A DNA stretch of 40,194 nt. It comes from Nemertoderma westbladi (Eukaryota > Animalia > Xenacoelomorpha). The position numbers and the translations under genes are program-made. Of this stretch, positions 1-12,190 are shown piece by piece. Each line of letters opens with the position of its first letter. Positions within the stretch are counted from its first letter, which is position 1. A model generated the notes under the pieces. The model did not search any database. It saw nothing but the letters and a program-made list of their open reading frames with translations, and was not told the DNA's origin. The stretch spans positions 1 to 40,194 of the forward strand of contig JAUCBJ010003612.1 of the NCBI GenBank assembly GCA_032718475.1, in the 5' to 3' direction.

Positions 1-30
1 AGTACCTACTTCAGAGAGTGGCTAATGCTA

Positions 31-43
31 CGCCACCTAGTGG
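31..43 (-). promoter_or_regulatory. CTCF-consensus-like motif (CCACTAGGTGGCG)
   Basis: Motif match only. A similar CCGCTAGGGGGCG occurs at 10155-10167 (minus strand). Confidence 0.3.
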
Positions 44-1424
44 GGCGATTATCGCATTGCTGTATCTGAAACTAACTATGCAGTGGATGCCAATCCAATG
101 ATTTACTACTGTATATATGTACCGTACTTCGGTTAGTTCTTAGCCAAATTAAATTACAGCCAATGGAATGGTAAAGAATCCCCATCAATTATTATCCTGG
201 AATTTACAATAACCAATACGATACCAGATATTATCTTTTTTATATCGATAGATAAGCAAACCAAGGAACCATCTAACACAATTATTATATTGTAATATTA
301 TTATTATTTCCAATATTCATTAATAATTTCTGTATTAGGCTTACAATGTAATTTATTTAATTATATAGAAGATAAACCGCGAAAACGTCAATTTATTTGT
401 CAATAAAATACAGATATCGGCCTACAGTAGATACAAAATGAAAACGTTTCGGATCCAGTTGTATACAAAGTGTAAAACCACCTACACGTATACTATTACG
501 TTTTGGCGAATGCTTAAATTTAAAACTAAGGTTTTCTCATTTTTATTTACTTATCAATCTATCGGAACTCTTGCTTAGAACGAGTTAATGGCGCAAATTG
601 ACAGCAAACAACAAATATATGGTTAAGTTTAGTTTCTGGTTTACTTAATTTAATTTAACCATTATCCTAACATGGCCAGGTTACAGTGTCGGTGTTTTCT
701 AACCAAAACAATAAACAAAACTTTATTTCAGCAATAACAATAAGATCAGAGCGCAATAGCCCATTCAGTTAATCACAGTCACGATCAATAAGGGTGACTG
801 CAGTTTGCCGGTTTGTGTCTGATCTTTAATTACCCTTCTCTATGACTACTGAAGTACAATGGAAGTTACCTTACAGTATAGGCGAAGGCGTAAAATACCA
901 AAAGTTACACATCACACATCAATGTCAAAGTGAATGTTAAGTTTGCGAAAATTTATTTCCCTGGACCAAAAATTTCACTGCAGCCTATGCATTCTTGACT
1001 TTCAGTATTTGTTTTTGTTTTGGGTAAATGTTTTAAATTGCTAAACGTTTTACTTTATTACATTGTTTTTATCTACTTACATTATAATAATTATTGGGTA
1101 TTGGGTGGACTAAGGGTATGGGTGCACTGCTCTCTAGAAAACGTATACATCATAGTATTAGGCCTATCAATGTTTCAATATTTAATTTATTGTCTGACTA
1201 TATTTTCTTGCATCAGTTTAGGCCGCTTTCACACTATCCAGTCAAAAGAGAAAATACATTAAATATATTATCTTATAGTATAATTATTTCTAGAATGCCT
1301 TTTATAAGTGTAATTCAATGGAACGGTATAATTAATTATCAATAATACTGTACTCTGTAGCTATGATAAATAATAAAATATGTCATTCTATAAATAATTT
1401 AATTATAAGATAATATTTAAGTAT

Positions 1425-1508
1425 TTTGTCTTATGACTTTTGACTATTGTCTTTAATGTCTTTTGACTATTGACTGTTGACTTTTGACTATTGACTTTGT
1501 CTTTTGAT
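1425..1508. repeat. Degenerate 7-bp tandem repeat (ttgactw)
   Basis: ttgacta/ttgactg/ttgactt iterated. Confidence 0.75.
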
Positions 1509-3327
1509 TCAATCAAACTATTATCATAATAATAAAACATTTTCATTATTTCGTATTTCAAATACAAATGAAAACAGCAATAAATTATATATATAAAAAT
1601 ATGTATATAAAATATATAATTTCCATTAATCTCAATAATTAAAATTTGTATTTTCAACACTATTGATTGTATTTACATGTATTACAAAATACATTACATG
1701 TATTTTTGCGATATGCGATTTCCGCTTTGTATTTACTTCTTCATTTAAATTGTTTTTTATTATTTATATTAATTTTATAATTATATTTATTCTACTTTGT
1801 ATTGTTGTTGTCCATAAATACCAAGTGTAGTAGTGCTAGTGCCTGTTGTACCGCTACCATGCAAACTAACATTATTTATAACACTTTAGACACCTAACTT
1901 ACTGCATTATACGTTGCTAAGCAACCATGTAAATGCTTGTCTATGCTGTAGTCATCGTCAGCTGCTTGTTAAGTCCTAGCTAGCCTAGCTGCATACTGGC
2001 ATACCTATTGCCTACACGGCTACACCTATGTAACTTGTCCAATCCATACCGTGAACGTGTAACATATTGAATATACTGCAGTACCATACCGGTACGGTAT
2101 TCTGCCTTTCGCTACCCTAGTTATACAACCGGTAACACTACATGATGCAGTAATATTCATGTGAATTATGCAGAATTCAGAGTTTGATGGACTGATGGGT
2201 AGGTATGAGGTAGGTCAGGTTAGGGCCTAGGCCTGGCGGTACGACGATTCGGCTGTGAGGTATCAGCACTTCGCATCGCTCAGTTGCTACGCACCCATCT
2301 CCATTTAACCACTAATAATATAATCTGACAACACATGCGTCATGCATTTACCGAGAGGCCACAGAGAAGTCAGTGTTGTTGCACTTGTGTTTTCGATATT
2401 GGAGTGGGTTCTGGGGTATTATACTATTGTATACCGGGATCGGCTCGTAGCTGCAAAGTGATTTACGTCCACAGAAAGTTTGAGACGTATCTTCGGAGGT
2501 GTCGACTAAAGTTCCCACTCACCTCAACTCAACCGAATATCTTCCACACGATAATGTTGTCCATTACACCATTACCTGCCATGTTCCCTGTCTTGAAAAG
2601 TTCTTATCGTGAAATCTGTGATATCTCCTCCGCCAGTCCGCTATTGGAACCCAGAGTCATTTTATATTCTGTGGCTTTTCACTTTGCATGTATGACAGAC
2701 ACCCTGTGACATTGCACTGTTGGGAACTTTATCATTTAACTAAATTTTGTATTTTGTTGAATATAACTAATTTATAAATTAAAATAAGAATACATTATTA
2801 TAATTCCCGTCTCCAGTTGCATTTTGTTTTCGCTGAAGATTAACCTTAATTAATGATAATATTGGACCCAGTTGCGTTGACTATTTATATAGCAGATGGA
2901 AATAAATAGATTAGTCATGTTTAAACCATTTCATAATGCTTTATGATATTTAAATATATTACAATGTTATTTAGTTATTAGTTATTTAAATAAATAAAAT
3001 TTATTTTATAATAATAATATATTTCTAATTTGTAATATTCATTTCTGCGTATGTTTTAATTTAATATAAACGGTGATGGGGGGGATGTATCTTATATATT
3101 TAATTTCAATTTTAGTAAATGCGTTTCATATAATTTTGTACTCCAATTTACTTAGGTATCTACTTATCTATCTTAAGTCTTCAACTTTATATATTAATAC
3201 GATTTTGATACGGCGTCCTTATTAAGTGTTTGCGAAAAACTAACTAAACTATATCTCAAATGTCTACCAATTTTATACAATAATATATATAATGACTCTT
3301 CTATTGCCCGTCTGACGTGTTCCCATA

Positions 3328-3544
3328 ATGAACGCGGCATTGGGGTTGAATTCCCCGGGCCAATACGGGGACTTCCGCTGTCCAGAGTCCCCCATTCCCA
3401 GACGGAAGACCGTGGTCCAGCTACTCTCGGAGCGCAGACACAGGCCCCGGCGGTCATCCGACAACTCCTCCCAGGGTAGCGTTACAGTCGGTGTCACATT
3501 AGATAGTCTCGATTTCGGTGACAGAAAGGTTCTGAGGATAGCAG
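3328..3544 (+). CDS. Probable first coding exon (N-terminal leader) of the spectraplakin gene
   Basis: ATG at 3328 with an in-frame stop upstream. GC-richer island. Ends LDFGDRKVLRIA+G|gttggt (phase 1), resembling the LDPAERAVIRIA-DERD junction of plectin/MACF1, and joins AT GAA at 12129 to give D-E-R-D. The start position is less certain than the end. Confidence 0.8.
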
Positions 3545-5410
3545 GTTGGTTTGGGTGGAGAAACCGTAGGGTAAGTAAGTATAATAAATAGTAAAGGAAA
3601 GTCCTATATCACCAGACACCCCCCAAACCCTTTGGGGGGTGTAAACGCAACACCGGAAGCAGGGACAACCGGTTTAGAACTATTGTCTGTTTTGGCTGTC
3701 GGTTGTTGGCCAAGCGTTACATCCCTCCTTTGGCTAATGATGTCGCTCGTACGTAAGTCGCGTACACGCGTGCAGAAATCCCAACCCGAACTATTAAATT
3801 TAAATAAAGTAAATGCCATACATAGAAAAATTATAAATAATACAACTTGTATGTTTAACTACAGCATTCACAATATTCTATATTGGATTGACGCCAAGTA
3901 TTTCGACTTTGCCCTATAAGCCAAGGTATATATAGATTTCTAGTCGTCATAATCCGTACTTTATACATCAAGGGTGTCCAGGAGTGGCAATATGATACCG
4001 CTATGGCAGGCCTTTATTGTTATATAACAAAAACATCTTCTTATCGCGCTATAATAGCATTTATTTGAGGAAGTAGGATTCGGATATAGTATTTTTCTCA
4101 TCTTTGTATTTGTAATTTACTTTGCGCGCATATTTAGTCACCCAATGTATCTCTATGTTCCTTGAAATCGTTTGAAGATATTTGCCAAATGAATAATGTA
4201 ATTTTGGCAATGGTTCAGTGGCTACTGTAATTCAGTTCAGCCTATAAGTGTCATTATTACTGTAGTACAATGGGAATGCTATACAACTGTACATTTATAA
4301 TGTTGTTATTGTGTAATTCGTCATGTCTAGATATATTCACTTTGGCTGAGTAAGTTACTGCATTATTACTCGGTTGTATCTTGTGCCAGGACATGACGGA
4401 TAATTATTAAGATGCCTATAACTGGTACTGCATACATTAACTATATGTCGTATAACAATGGACCCCAGTGAGTCTAAGAGGTTTATTGAACGGACTTATG
4501 ATAATTCAGTCCGCAGAATTGCTGGTTAGTCATTTACTAATGATCCGGATTACCAATAGCGTATTAATTGTAATTTGGGGCGAGCCACGTGCAATGCGAA
4601 ACCTTCGCGAACAACTAACTTGTGGGGCGAGCCACGAAGTTGGCGGTGCCTTAGCGAACAGACACTGTTTGGGGCAGGGGCGGCGCTAGACCAAGAGAAG
4701 TGGGGGGGTGTAAGTCAATTTGCACCTCAAATTGAAATTGCACCGACTTAAATTGAAACGGTTCAACTGTACATGTATTAGTAATAATTTATATTAGGGA
4801 TTAATACAAAATAATTATTAATTTCATGGTAAAAAAGTAGAACTTTTTCACTATTATCGAGGTATTTTTATTTACCGAACGCAAGCAAGATTAATAAAGG
4901 GTCGAGATAATATTGAAAAAAAGATTATAGATTAGATTATAGATCGCCTTGTGCCCCTTACTCAATGTTCAATAATTTTTAGTGTTCTCGAATATTTATT
5001 ACGTAACTAGAGAACCGCTTAACTACATAAACCAATATTTTATATTGAGTTCCGTTTTGGAGTACACCTTGCGGTTGCAGACACTAAAGTTGCAATAACT
5101 TTTAAGTTTGTGAATGGATTATGATAAATTTTCGTGCAAACATTTTCTACGTCGATGCTCTTTCAACACATGTAATAAAATTTAAGAAATTCCAACAAAA
5201 ATATTTTAATTTACTTTTTCGCCGGGAAAAAAGTAAAATCAATGCAATCCTATATGGTTTACTTTTTTCCTTAGAGAATAAATTTTCCATATGAAACTTT
5301 TTCTCCCGATTTTGGGGTATATTCGAGCGAGAAAGTAACAATTTAAGAATAAAATATTATATTTTTATGCGGTGGTTATTTTAATAGTATTGTAAATTTT
5401 TATTAAATTG

Positions 5411-8122
5411 TTACTACTACTAGGTCGAGCGAACTCGGACAGTGGGAATGAGATCCTTCCAGGCTTCCCGATTCTCCATAGTTGTCGCAATTTCGTTTCT
5501 CCCAAGTTCAGTATCCCTTTCAAGTTGATCTATATATGTTATGGCCGGTCGTCCACGACTACGCTTTCCATGAGTTGGTTGCCAGAAAAGTAGATCTGGT
5601 ATGACCTCGTCTTTACTTCGCCAGCAGTGCCCATTGAATCTTAATCTGCGTTCACGGAGGGTGGTTGATACAGGTGGTATTGTACCATAAAGTTCGGCGT
5701 TTGTCATGTGTTGTCTCCAGCTGATGTTTAGGGCTGCCCTTAGTAGTCTTGTGTAGCAAGCATCAATTCGTTGTTCAAGTGATTTAGTCAGTGTCCAGGT
5801 CTCACCCCCGTATAAAAATACACTTTCCACTGTGGCTCGAAAGAACTTAGTCTTCAGGTGCCTGGAGAGATCTGATTTCCAGGTGGCATCCATTTTTGAT
5901 AGAGCTACCCAAGCCTTTGCTTTCCTAACTTCTATGTCCTTTTTGCTACTCTCTATCCATGATCCAAGGTACTGGAAGTCGTCAACCTTCCTTAGTTGAT
6001 TATTGTCAATGGTTGTCAAGTTTCCATCAACATTAAAGGTCATGAATTCGGTCTTGGTAGCATTTATATGCAATCCAACCTCCTTAGCAGCCCTCTCCAC
6101 TTTATTTAGTAGAAGCTGTGCATCTGCTAGGGTATTAGAGAGCAGGGCGATGTCATCCGCAAAGTCGGTGTCTGTGACTGTAGTTGCCGGATATCTACTA
6201 CTTCTGCGTTCTTGAAGTGTGACTCCCAGGTCTTCACCCTTTGTGGCTGTCCTCATTGCGTAATCCAGCACAATTACAAATAGTAATGGTGCTAATGTGT
6301 CACCTTGCAGTACCCCAGCCAGGATGGAGAAAAACTCAGTTTCACCATCTGGTGAGAGTACCTGCGCTTCTGTGTCACAATATAACAATCCAATGCCAGC
6401 AACAATTACCTCTGGTATTCCATAAGCTCTTAGGATTTCAAGCATTTTGCCTCTATGGATGGAGTCGAATGCCTTCTTGAAGTCCGCAAAAGTCATGACT
6501 GCGGGGAGATTCTTTGACTTAATTCCTTCAATAGTCTCCGTAGTGCAAGTATCTGAGCTATTGTTGATCTACTTGGTCGAAATCCGTTTTGGCTCTTACG
6601 CAGTAGTTTCTCTATGTGAGGCCTAATCCTATATAGAATCATTTTATTGTATATTTTGGCAGCTACAACAAGCAGACAGATCCTACGATAGTTGTTGGTA
6701 TACTGAGGTCTCCTTTCTTGGGGAGAGGCTTTAGTTGACCTTTAGTCCAAATTGGTGGTGGCTTTTCCCCTTTTAACATCCGGTTGCAAACATTCAATAA
6801 TGGTCTGTTTAGCACTCCTGTTTTCCATACCTCCGCTGGGATTTCATCTAATCCACTCGCTTTATTATTGGACATGCTTTTAATGCTTCTTTGGAGTTCG
6901 GCAGGTGTGAAGTCCCCTGTTTCTATAGGTAGTGTCTTGTCATATATTTTCCTTGTAGGGCTGACCTCGATGTTTGGTGGCTGCCCAAGCAAGTTGCTGA
7001 AGTGATTTTTCCACTTCCCAACACGTTCTTCAGGACTATCGGCTTTGAGGCACCCCTTTGCACAACTTTTCCGACCAGATACCTAATTTACAGTTTGCCA
7101 GGTAAGTCTTGATTGTTGCTGTATGTGAGCAGTTGTAATTGCTTCAATTTTATCCTGTATGTACTTTTCCTGGCTGATGTTGTAGGCCAATTTAAGATCG
7201 TCCTTAGCTTTCTCAACCTTGTTAATGTTTTCTGTTGTTGGTTGTTCGGTTTTAACTTTGTAGGCTATCTTAAGATATTCTCTCTTACAAGTAACCTCAG
7301 AGTTTTGCCATGGCAAATACTGTTTTCGTTTGGGTTTCTGGGGGATATGCCTCTTAGCTGATTCCTTGTGGGCTGTTATTATATTCTGGTATATTGAATC
7401 GGTGGACTGATCTTCATCCATTGACTGAAGTGCTTCAAAGCGGTTTTGAACTTCTACTGTATAAGCATCCTTTACAGCATTGTCAGTTCTGAGTTTTTCC
7501 CAGTCATATTTGATTTGCTTGCTTGTCCTGGGTTTGCTGGCTCTCAAACTGAGTCTGATCTCTGCAGTCACAATTCTGTGGTCCGAACCAATTAGGTTGA
7601 ACGAGCTGTATTCCTCGCAGTTAATCATGCTGTTTCTCCACTTTTTGTTTATAAGGATGTAATCCATTTGTGCTTTGGTTCCATTAGGGTATTGAAAGGT
7701 CCATAGCTTCCCCTTACTCTTTTCGAATGTGTTGTTTGTTGGTATCAATTCACATTCTTCCATTACGTCTAAAAGTAAGTACCCATTTCTGTTAGAACTG
7801 GTGTTATAGGTGTAACCCTTGATTTCTTCTGGGCCAATTTGCGCATTCAGGTCACCAGCAGTGACTTTAACATTGTGTTTCGGAATGTCCTTTATAAGTC
7901 TAGTCAGGTCTTCATAAAACTTACTGCTTGTTCTGGCTCTGAGGCATTGGTTGGACTGTAGCAACATATAACTGTTGTCTTGGGATTCCCATCAAATGTT
8001 GCGATCATAACCCTGGAATTTATAGATTCGATGTTGTTTAGGGTCTTAAGTGCAAATGGGCTTAGCAGAATTCCTACTCCACCAATTGATGCATTGGCCG
8101 AGTTTCTTACTGCTGAGCTTGT
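5411..8122 (-). mobile_element. Decayed non-LTR retrotransposon (RTE-like LINE), APE endonuclease plus reverse transcriptase, frameshifted
   Basis: Minus-strand ORF pieces carry GVGILL, CYSPT, AGDLNAQIG, MDYILIN, SDHRIV (APE) and KASGLDEIP, PLPKKGDL, FADFKKAFDSI, GVLQGDTLAP, FADDIALL, FQYLGS (RT). It ends in a (TAG)n tail at the stop codon. Clade assignment is by recognition only. Confidence 0.92.
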
Positions 8123-8345
8123 GGGGCGAGCCACGAAGTGAGTGAGCCTTAGCGTAGTGGTACCATTAATCAACCTGTCGTTCTGTCGTTCTGTCGCGTT
8201 TTTTTTTCAGTATTTTATTTTAAACGTTAATAACTCGGCCAATCCTTGATGAAATCTATCCAAACTTGGTACACATGTTGTTTGGCAAAAGTTTGAAAAT
8301 TTTCCAAGTAGAATTTGCGTGGGGCCTTCGTGCAGCATCAGTGTA
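8120..8345 (+). mobile_element. Short non-autonomous element, Helentron-associated (HINE/DINE-1-like)
   Basis: Terminus tgtggggcgagccacgaagt also occurs at 4621 (partially at 4577), followed by a ctgtcgtt microsatellite and ccaaacttggtacacatg. The other end, cgtggggccttcgtgcagca, recurs inverted with a full hairpin at 11461-11492. The family call is inference from architecture. Confidence 0.5.
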
Positions 8346-8623
8346 ACTGTTATTGCAGTTATAATACATTTGTTTATCCAAATTTAAAATGCGTTAAATT
8401 ATTATTACTGTAGGATAAATCAGCTGGGTTTTCTGACAAATTTTGCAATTCTGCATGTAGGCCTACCATGTGTACCGGTACTGTCAGGCTGTACTCAATC
8501 CCTGAATCGAGAATCCTGCAAAGCTATATACTGTTAGGTATATTGCTGTATTGGGGTGGGGTTAGGAATAATCCATTTGTTTTAGCATTGAACTGTTGAA
8601 TCCCCTTATTTATTATAAAACCA

Positions 8624-9253
8624 TTGGAAATATTCGCAAATGCCGCTCCATTACTGTCTGAAACGCTCCCGACAGTCCGATGTATCTGGACCCGAGCAGC
8701 CGAGTTGCTTCAAGAGGTGATTAACGGGGGAATACTACGGAATTGCTTGTTTGTCAGTACGATTCTATTTGGGTATTTACTACACTCAGACACTGGGAAT
8801 ACGGCGGTCAGTCAGATCGTAATGCGGGCCACTGCCAAGTTCCTCATGCCTCACTCCGGTCACCCACCTTGGAGTGCGGTGGGAAGAGTCCCACTTACTG
8901 ACATACGTCGACGACTGGACGAATCGACGAGGATTGCGATCTGGGTTTAGCGGCGGCCCGGATCCTGGGATCGCCTGGGGGAAATGGTTGAACGTTGGGC
9001 AGACGTTATCGCACTGGATTACGTTCTCTGTGACGCGAAAGTGTGAAGCGAATTCGTTGTCGAATTGGGTCGGAAGCTGCGGGAATTCTACTGTTCTACG
9101 GGAGTAAACCGCAGCGGTCCGGTGTCTACGGACGGATACTACTGGGATAAGCAGGTATTTCGATCGAGTTTCTCGTATTCTCGATGCTCGAGGCGGATAG
9201 AGAGTTGGTTGTGTTGGGCGGTGTTGTTCAATTCTATCAAACATATTAAATAA
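8624..9253 (+). pseudogene. Decayed intronless ~210-codon reading frame of unknown origin
   Basis: Track ORFs 8624-8950 and 9065-9253 share one frame broken only by TAG (8948) and TGA (9044). It is a GC/CpG-rich island in AT-rich DNA. Confidence 0.4.
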
Positions 9254-9375
9254 TTGGTAAAATAATAAAAACACACCAGATAAAGATACTGAGCTTATGG
9301 TAAAGATATAGGCCGAACTTACAATTTCCAAATAGATTGTTCATATAATAAATATATTTTTGGTATTTGATTTCA

Positions 9376-9891
9376 AGATAGGGGGGGGGGGGGGGGGGGG
9401 GGGGGGACTGGACGCAATAAAAATTCATCCCTCTCCAGGGGAAATTGGACGCAAATAACAACAGCTGATTACTCTCAAAAATAAAACTAACCTGTTCTAT
9501 TGTGTTTACTTTATTGTTTTGGTTAAAATAACGTGCCACTGTAACCTGCTCCTTTCCCAAAATTGAGAAATTAATATTGAGGCGAGTTATAGTTCATATG
9601 CGTACCTCTGGTATTTTCGTATTGCAAAAATAAGACTATAAGTATGAAATACCCTATGTTATTGAGATATTGTTTATTGTTTTGGTTAGAAAAGCCCACC
9701 ACTGTAACCTGCTCCTTTCCGTTAATTAAGTAATGGAGATTAGTTTATTGTTTTGGTTAGAAAACACCACCACTGTGACCTGCTTCTTTTGCCAGAGGTA
9801 CGCATATGAACGATAACCTTGAGGCGGGATATTAATTCGCCAAGATGGGATTTGCGTCCAGTCCCCCCCCCCCCCCCCCCCCTCCTATCTC
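9376..9891. mobile_element. MITE with poly-G/poly-C TIRs and 9-bp TSD (Mutator-like)
   Basis: agatag(G)n-actggacgcaa ... ttgcgtccagt(C)n-tcctatctc, flanked by direct repeat ttgatttca at 9367-9375 and 9892-9900. Confidence 0.8.
9585..9818. mobile_element. Nested MITE with ~27-bp TIRs and 8-bp TSD
   Basis: gttcatatgcgtacctctgg / ccagaggtacgcatatgaac is a perfect 20-bp inverted core, flanked by ttgaggcg at 9577-9584 and 9819-9826. Confidence 0.8.
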
Positions 9892-10004
9892 TTGATTTCA
9901 CTAAAAAATAGAATACATTGCATTTTACTGTTATAATTACTGTATTGAATAAAATAATTAATTGATTGTTTATTAAACCGTGCTAAGCACGTTGAACTGG
10001 AGCT

Positions 10005-10330
10005 CTAACAATTCCCCACTAGCGGCAGACAGGAACTGTAAAAGTCTCTGTAGAATTTCTAATTAAGCAATGCTCTTAGGTAACTACTACTAAATTTCAG
10101 ATGAATCTGATCGTTGGTTCTATAATTACAGCTATTTTTACGTTTCTGTTAATTCGCCCCCTAGCGGCAGACCGGGGAACTGTAGAAGTCTGTCTGTGTG
10201 TAGAATTTCTAAATTTTTTATAGACTACATGAGTACCAAGTTTGGTTCCATTTCATCCATGATTGACCGACTTATTAGCGTTCAAACATTCCTGCCACAA
10301 ACATAGCCAGAGGCAGCCACAAACGAATAA
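10005..10330 (-). mobile_element. Second HINE-like relic in reverse orientation with two tandem CTCF-motif-like units
   Basis: catgagtaccaagtttgg is the near reverse complement of ccaaacttggtacacatg (8259). The unit ctagcggcagac..ggaactgta..agtct..tgtagaatttctaa is duplicated at ~10019 and ~10161. Confidence 0.4.
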
Positions 10331-10769
10331 AAGCTGCAGGAACTCGAGCGATAATTAATTTATTAATTATTAAATACTGTTTCAATTAAATTCTTTACGA
10401 AAATCTAGTCATCTTCTTTTAAATATGGACCCTGCATTCGTGGAAAATATAATATTTGATAATTCATCAGTCAGCCTACGCTAATTTCACGGCAAGTCCT
10501 TGTCATGGCCTGTGTGTAGTAGGCCATGGTACCACCCTACTACCGGTACCGGCTGACCGCGTGACCGGTGGCAACTAGCACTTCAGCACTTGCACAGCAA
10601 CAGCACTACCGGCGATACACAGGTTGAAATTTATGTAGAGTTTGCTCAACAGTACAGATATAAAATAGTTATCTAAATTATATATATTACTATTGACAAG
10701 TATTGAAATATATACCGTTATTCGTGTTATCAGTATTTGCAACATCTGACATTGAAGAGGTGAAAGAAG

Positions 10770-11100
10770 ATGAATACCGGCACTCAACAAAACCAACGCT
10801 TATCACAGGTCGGTATGGTTACCTCGAAACCGGCGCGACTGTCCACTCGAATACAACTTCAAAACACAAACGCCAACAATAAACTGAAAGCGAATCGAAC
10901 GTCTTCAGAAGAATCTGTCATTGGGACGAAGAAAAGGAAGCCGAAACCACGGGAATGGACCACAGCTAAGATTGAATGCTCCCATTGTCAGAGTTCCTGG
11001 ACCGAAATTGAAACACCAATTGCCGATGGGCTTGATCTCTCAAACCAAAACTTCCTCTGCGGGGTTTGCGTGGCAGTAAAGATTGAAAGTCTGGAAGCTG
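10770..11100 (+). mobile_element. Truncated fragment resembling a CR1/L2-type ORF1 N-terminus (CxxC..CxxC plus coiled-coil start)
   Basis: KKRK basic patch then ECSHC-x22-FLCGVC-VAVKIESLE, then an abrupt loss of coding character. Confidence 0.35.
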
Positions 11101-11496
11101 GCATCCCTAGGTATTATTATTATAAAGAGCGTCAGCCTGCGTTTAATAAATATATTTTAATATAAAACAGGTCGAACGCAAAGAGGCTTATAATGAAGAC
11201 GAGTACTGCATTGATTATATTCCTATAAACCACCTGGCTTTGCATATTGAACGTGCGTTTGGAAATAAGTTCGTGCTACCCTTCCGTGGGTGGTAGATGT
11301 CGCGGTTATGTATTGGTGGGTGGGGGAGGGGGGGGGGGGGGTGCAGATTAAAAGGGGTGAACACGTACTGTCCCCCTTTCTTTGATTAATTGGTGGTGTG
11401 GGTTAATCTCTCATAACCTGATTTTGTGATACAGTCGCACAATTTTAATTTGTATCTCATAACTGGGCCTCGTGCTGCGCGAAGGCCCCACGATCG

Positions 11497-11650
11497 TGTT
11501 ACCAACGTCCACCAATTTCCAATGTCATTGTACTTCATGGCAGTGTCTTCATGACAAATCCGATGTTCTTGGATGCAGATGATGTCGATGTTATATTCCA
11601 TTGCCAGAGCAACCATGTCACCCTGTTTGCTATGTGCTTTCATTTTATTA
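11497..11650 (-). mobile_element. 5' APE fragment of the same LINE, displaced by an insertion
   Basis: Encodes NIDIICIQEHR (APE motif) ...WTLVT, which continues in frame as SSAVRNSANASIGGVGILL from 8119 downwards. Confidence 0.85.
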
Positions 11651-12128
11651 ATTTGCATTTTACTAAATTGTTACAACTAAGTATTAATATTTCAAACGAG
11701 TAGTAGGCTACACAGTACTTTAAAGTACATTAAAAATTAAAAATAAAAAATTTCAATTGAACAAATTTTATCGTTTTAATTATTTGAATTGAATTCTACG
11801 TTTTTTTTTAAGAAATCCAATTCTTAATTACTGTACTCAATTCGATAGTTTCAACAATATCCTTTTCACATGCTATCAGTAACAATAATGACTTTAAAGT
11901 CATTCATACCTGACAGTCTTTCCATCGTGACATTTTTTATTGTGTTCTATCCTGTAATCATTTTTAAATATAGCTCCACACCTACTGTATCTGTTTTTCA
12001 TTTTACTTTGTAGCTTTGACCGCGGTGAGATATCGCACTGCTACCCTGGCCTATTAATAGGCAGGTTCGTTATTAATTTTTTTCAAATATAATATAACTA
12101 TAAATATAATTTAAATTAATATCTTTAG

Positions 12129-12190
12129 ATGAACGAGATCGAGTTCAAAAGAAAACCTTCACAAAATGGGTCAATAAACATCTGGTAAAG
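12129..12190 (+). CDS. Exon, start of CH1: (D)ERDRVQKKTFTKWVNKHLVK
   Basis: tttag acceptor at 12124-12128, AAG|gtaagt donor at 12191, 62 nt, phase 1 to 0. Near-invariant CH1 motif. Missed by the ORF track. Confidence 0.95.

Noticed and set aside
2335-2709. 124-aa ORF in a moderately GC-rich patch
   Set aside because: No recognisable motif or convincing splice sites on either strand. It may be an old repeat relic but is not supportable.
5420-8173. Active LINE or a prokaryotic retron/group II RT system
   Set aside because: The APE+RT layout is a eukaryotic non-LTR element, with several frameshifts and an insertion in the endonuclease.
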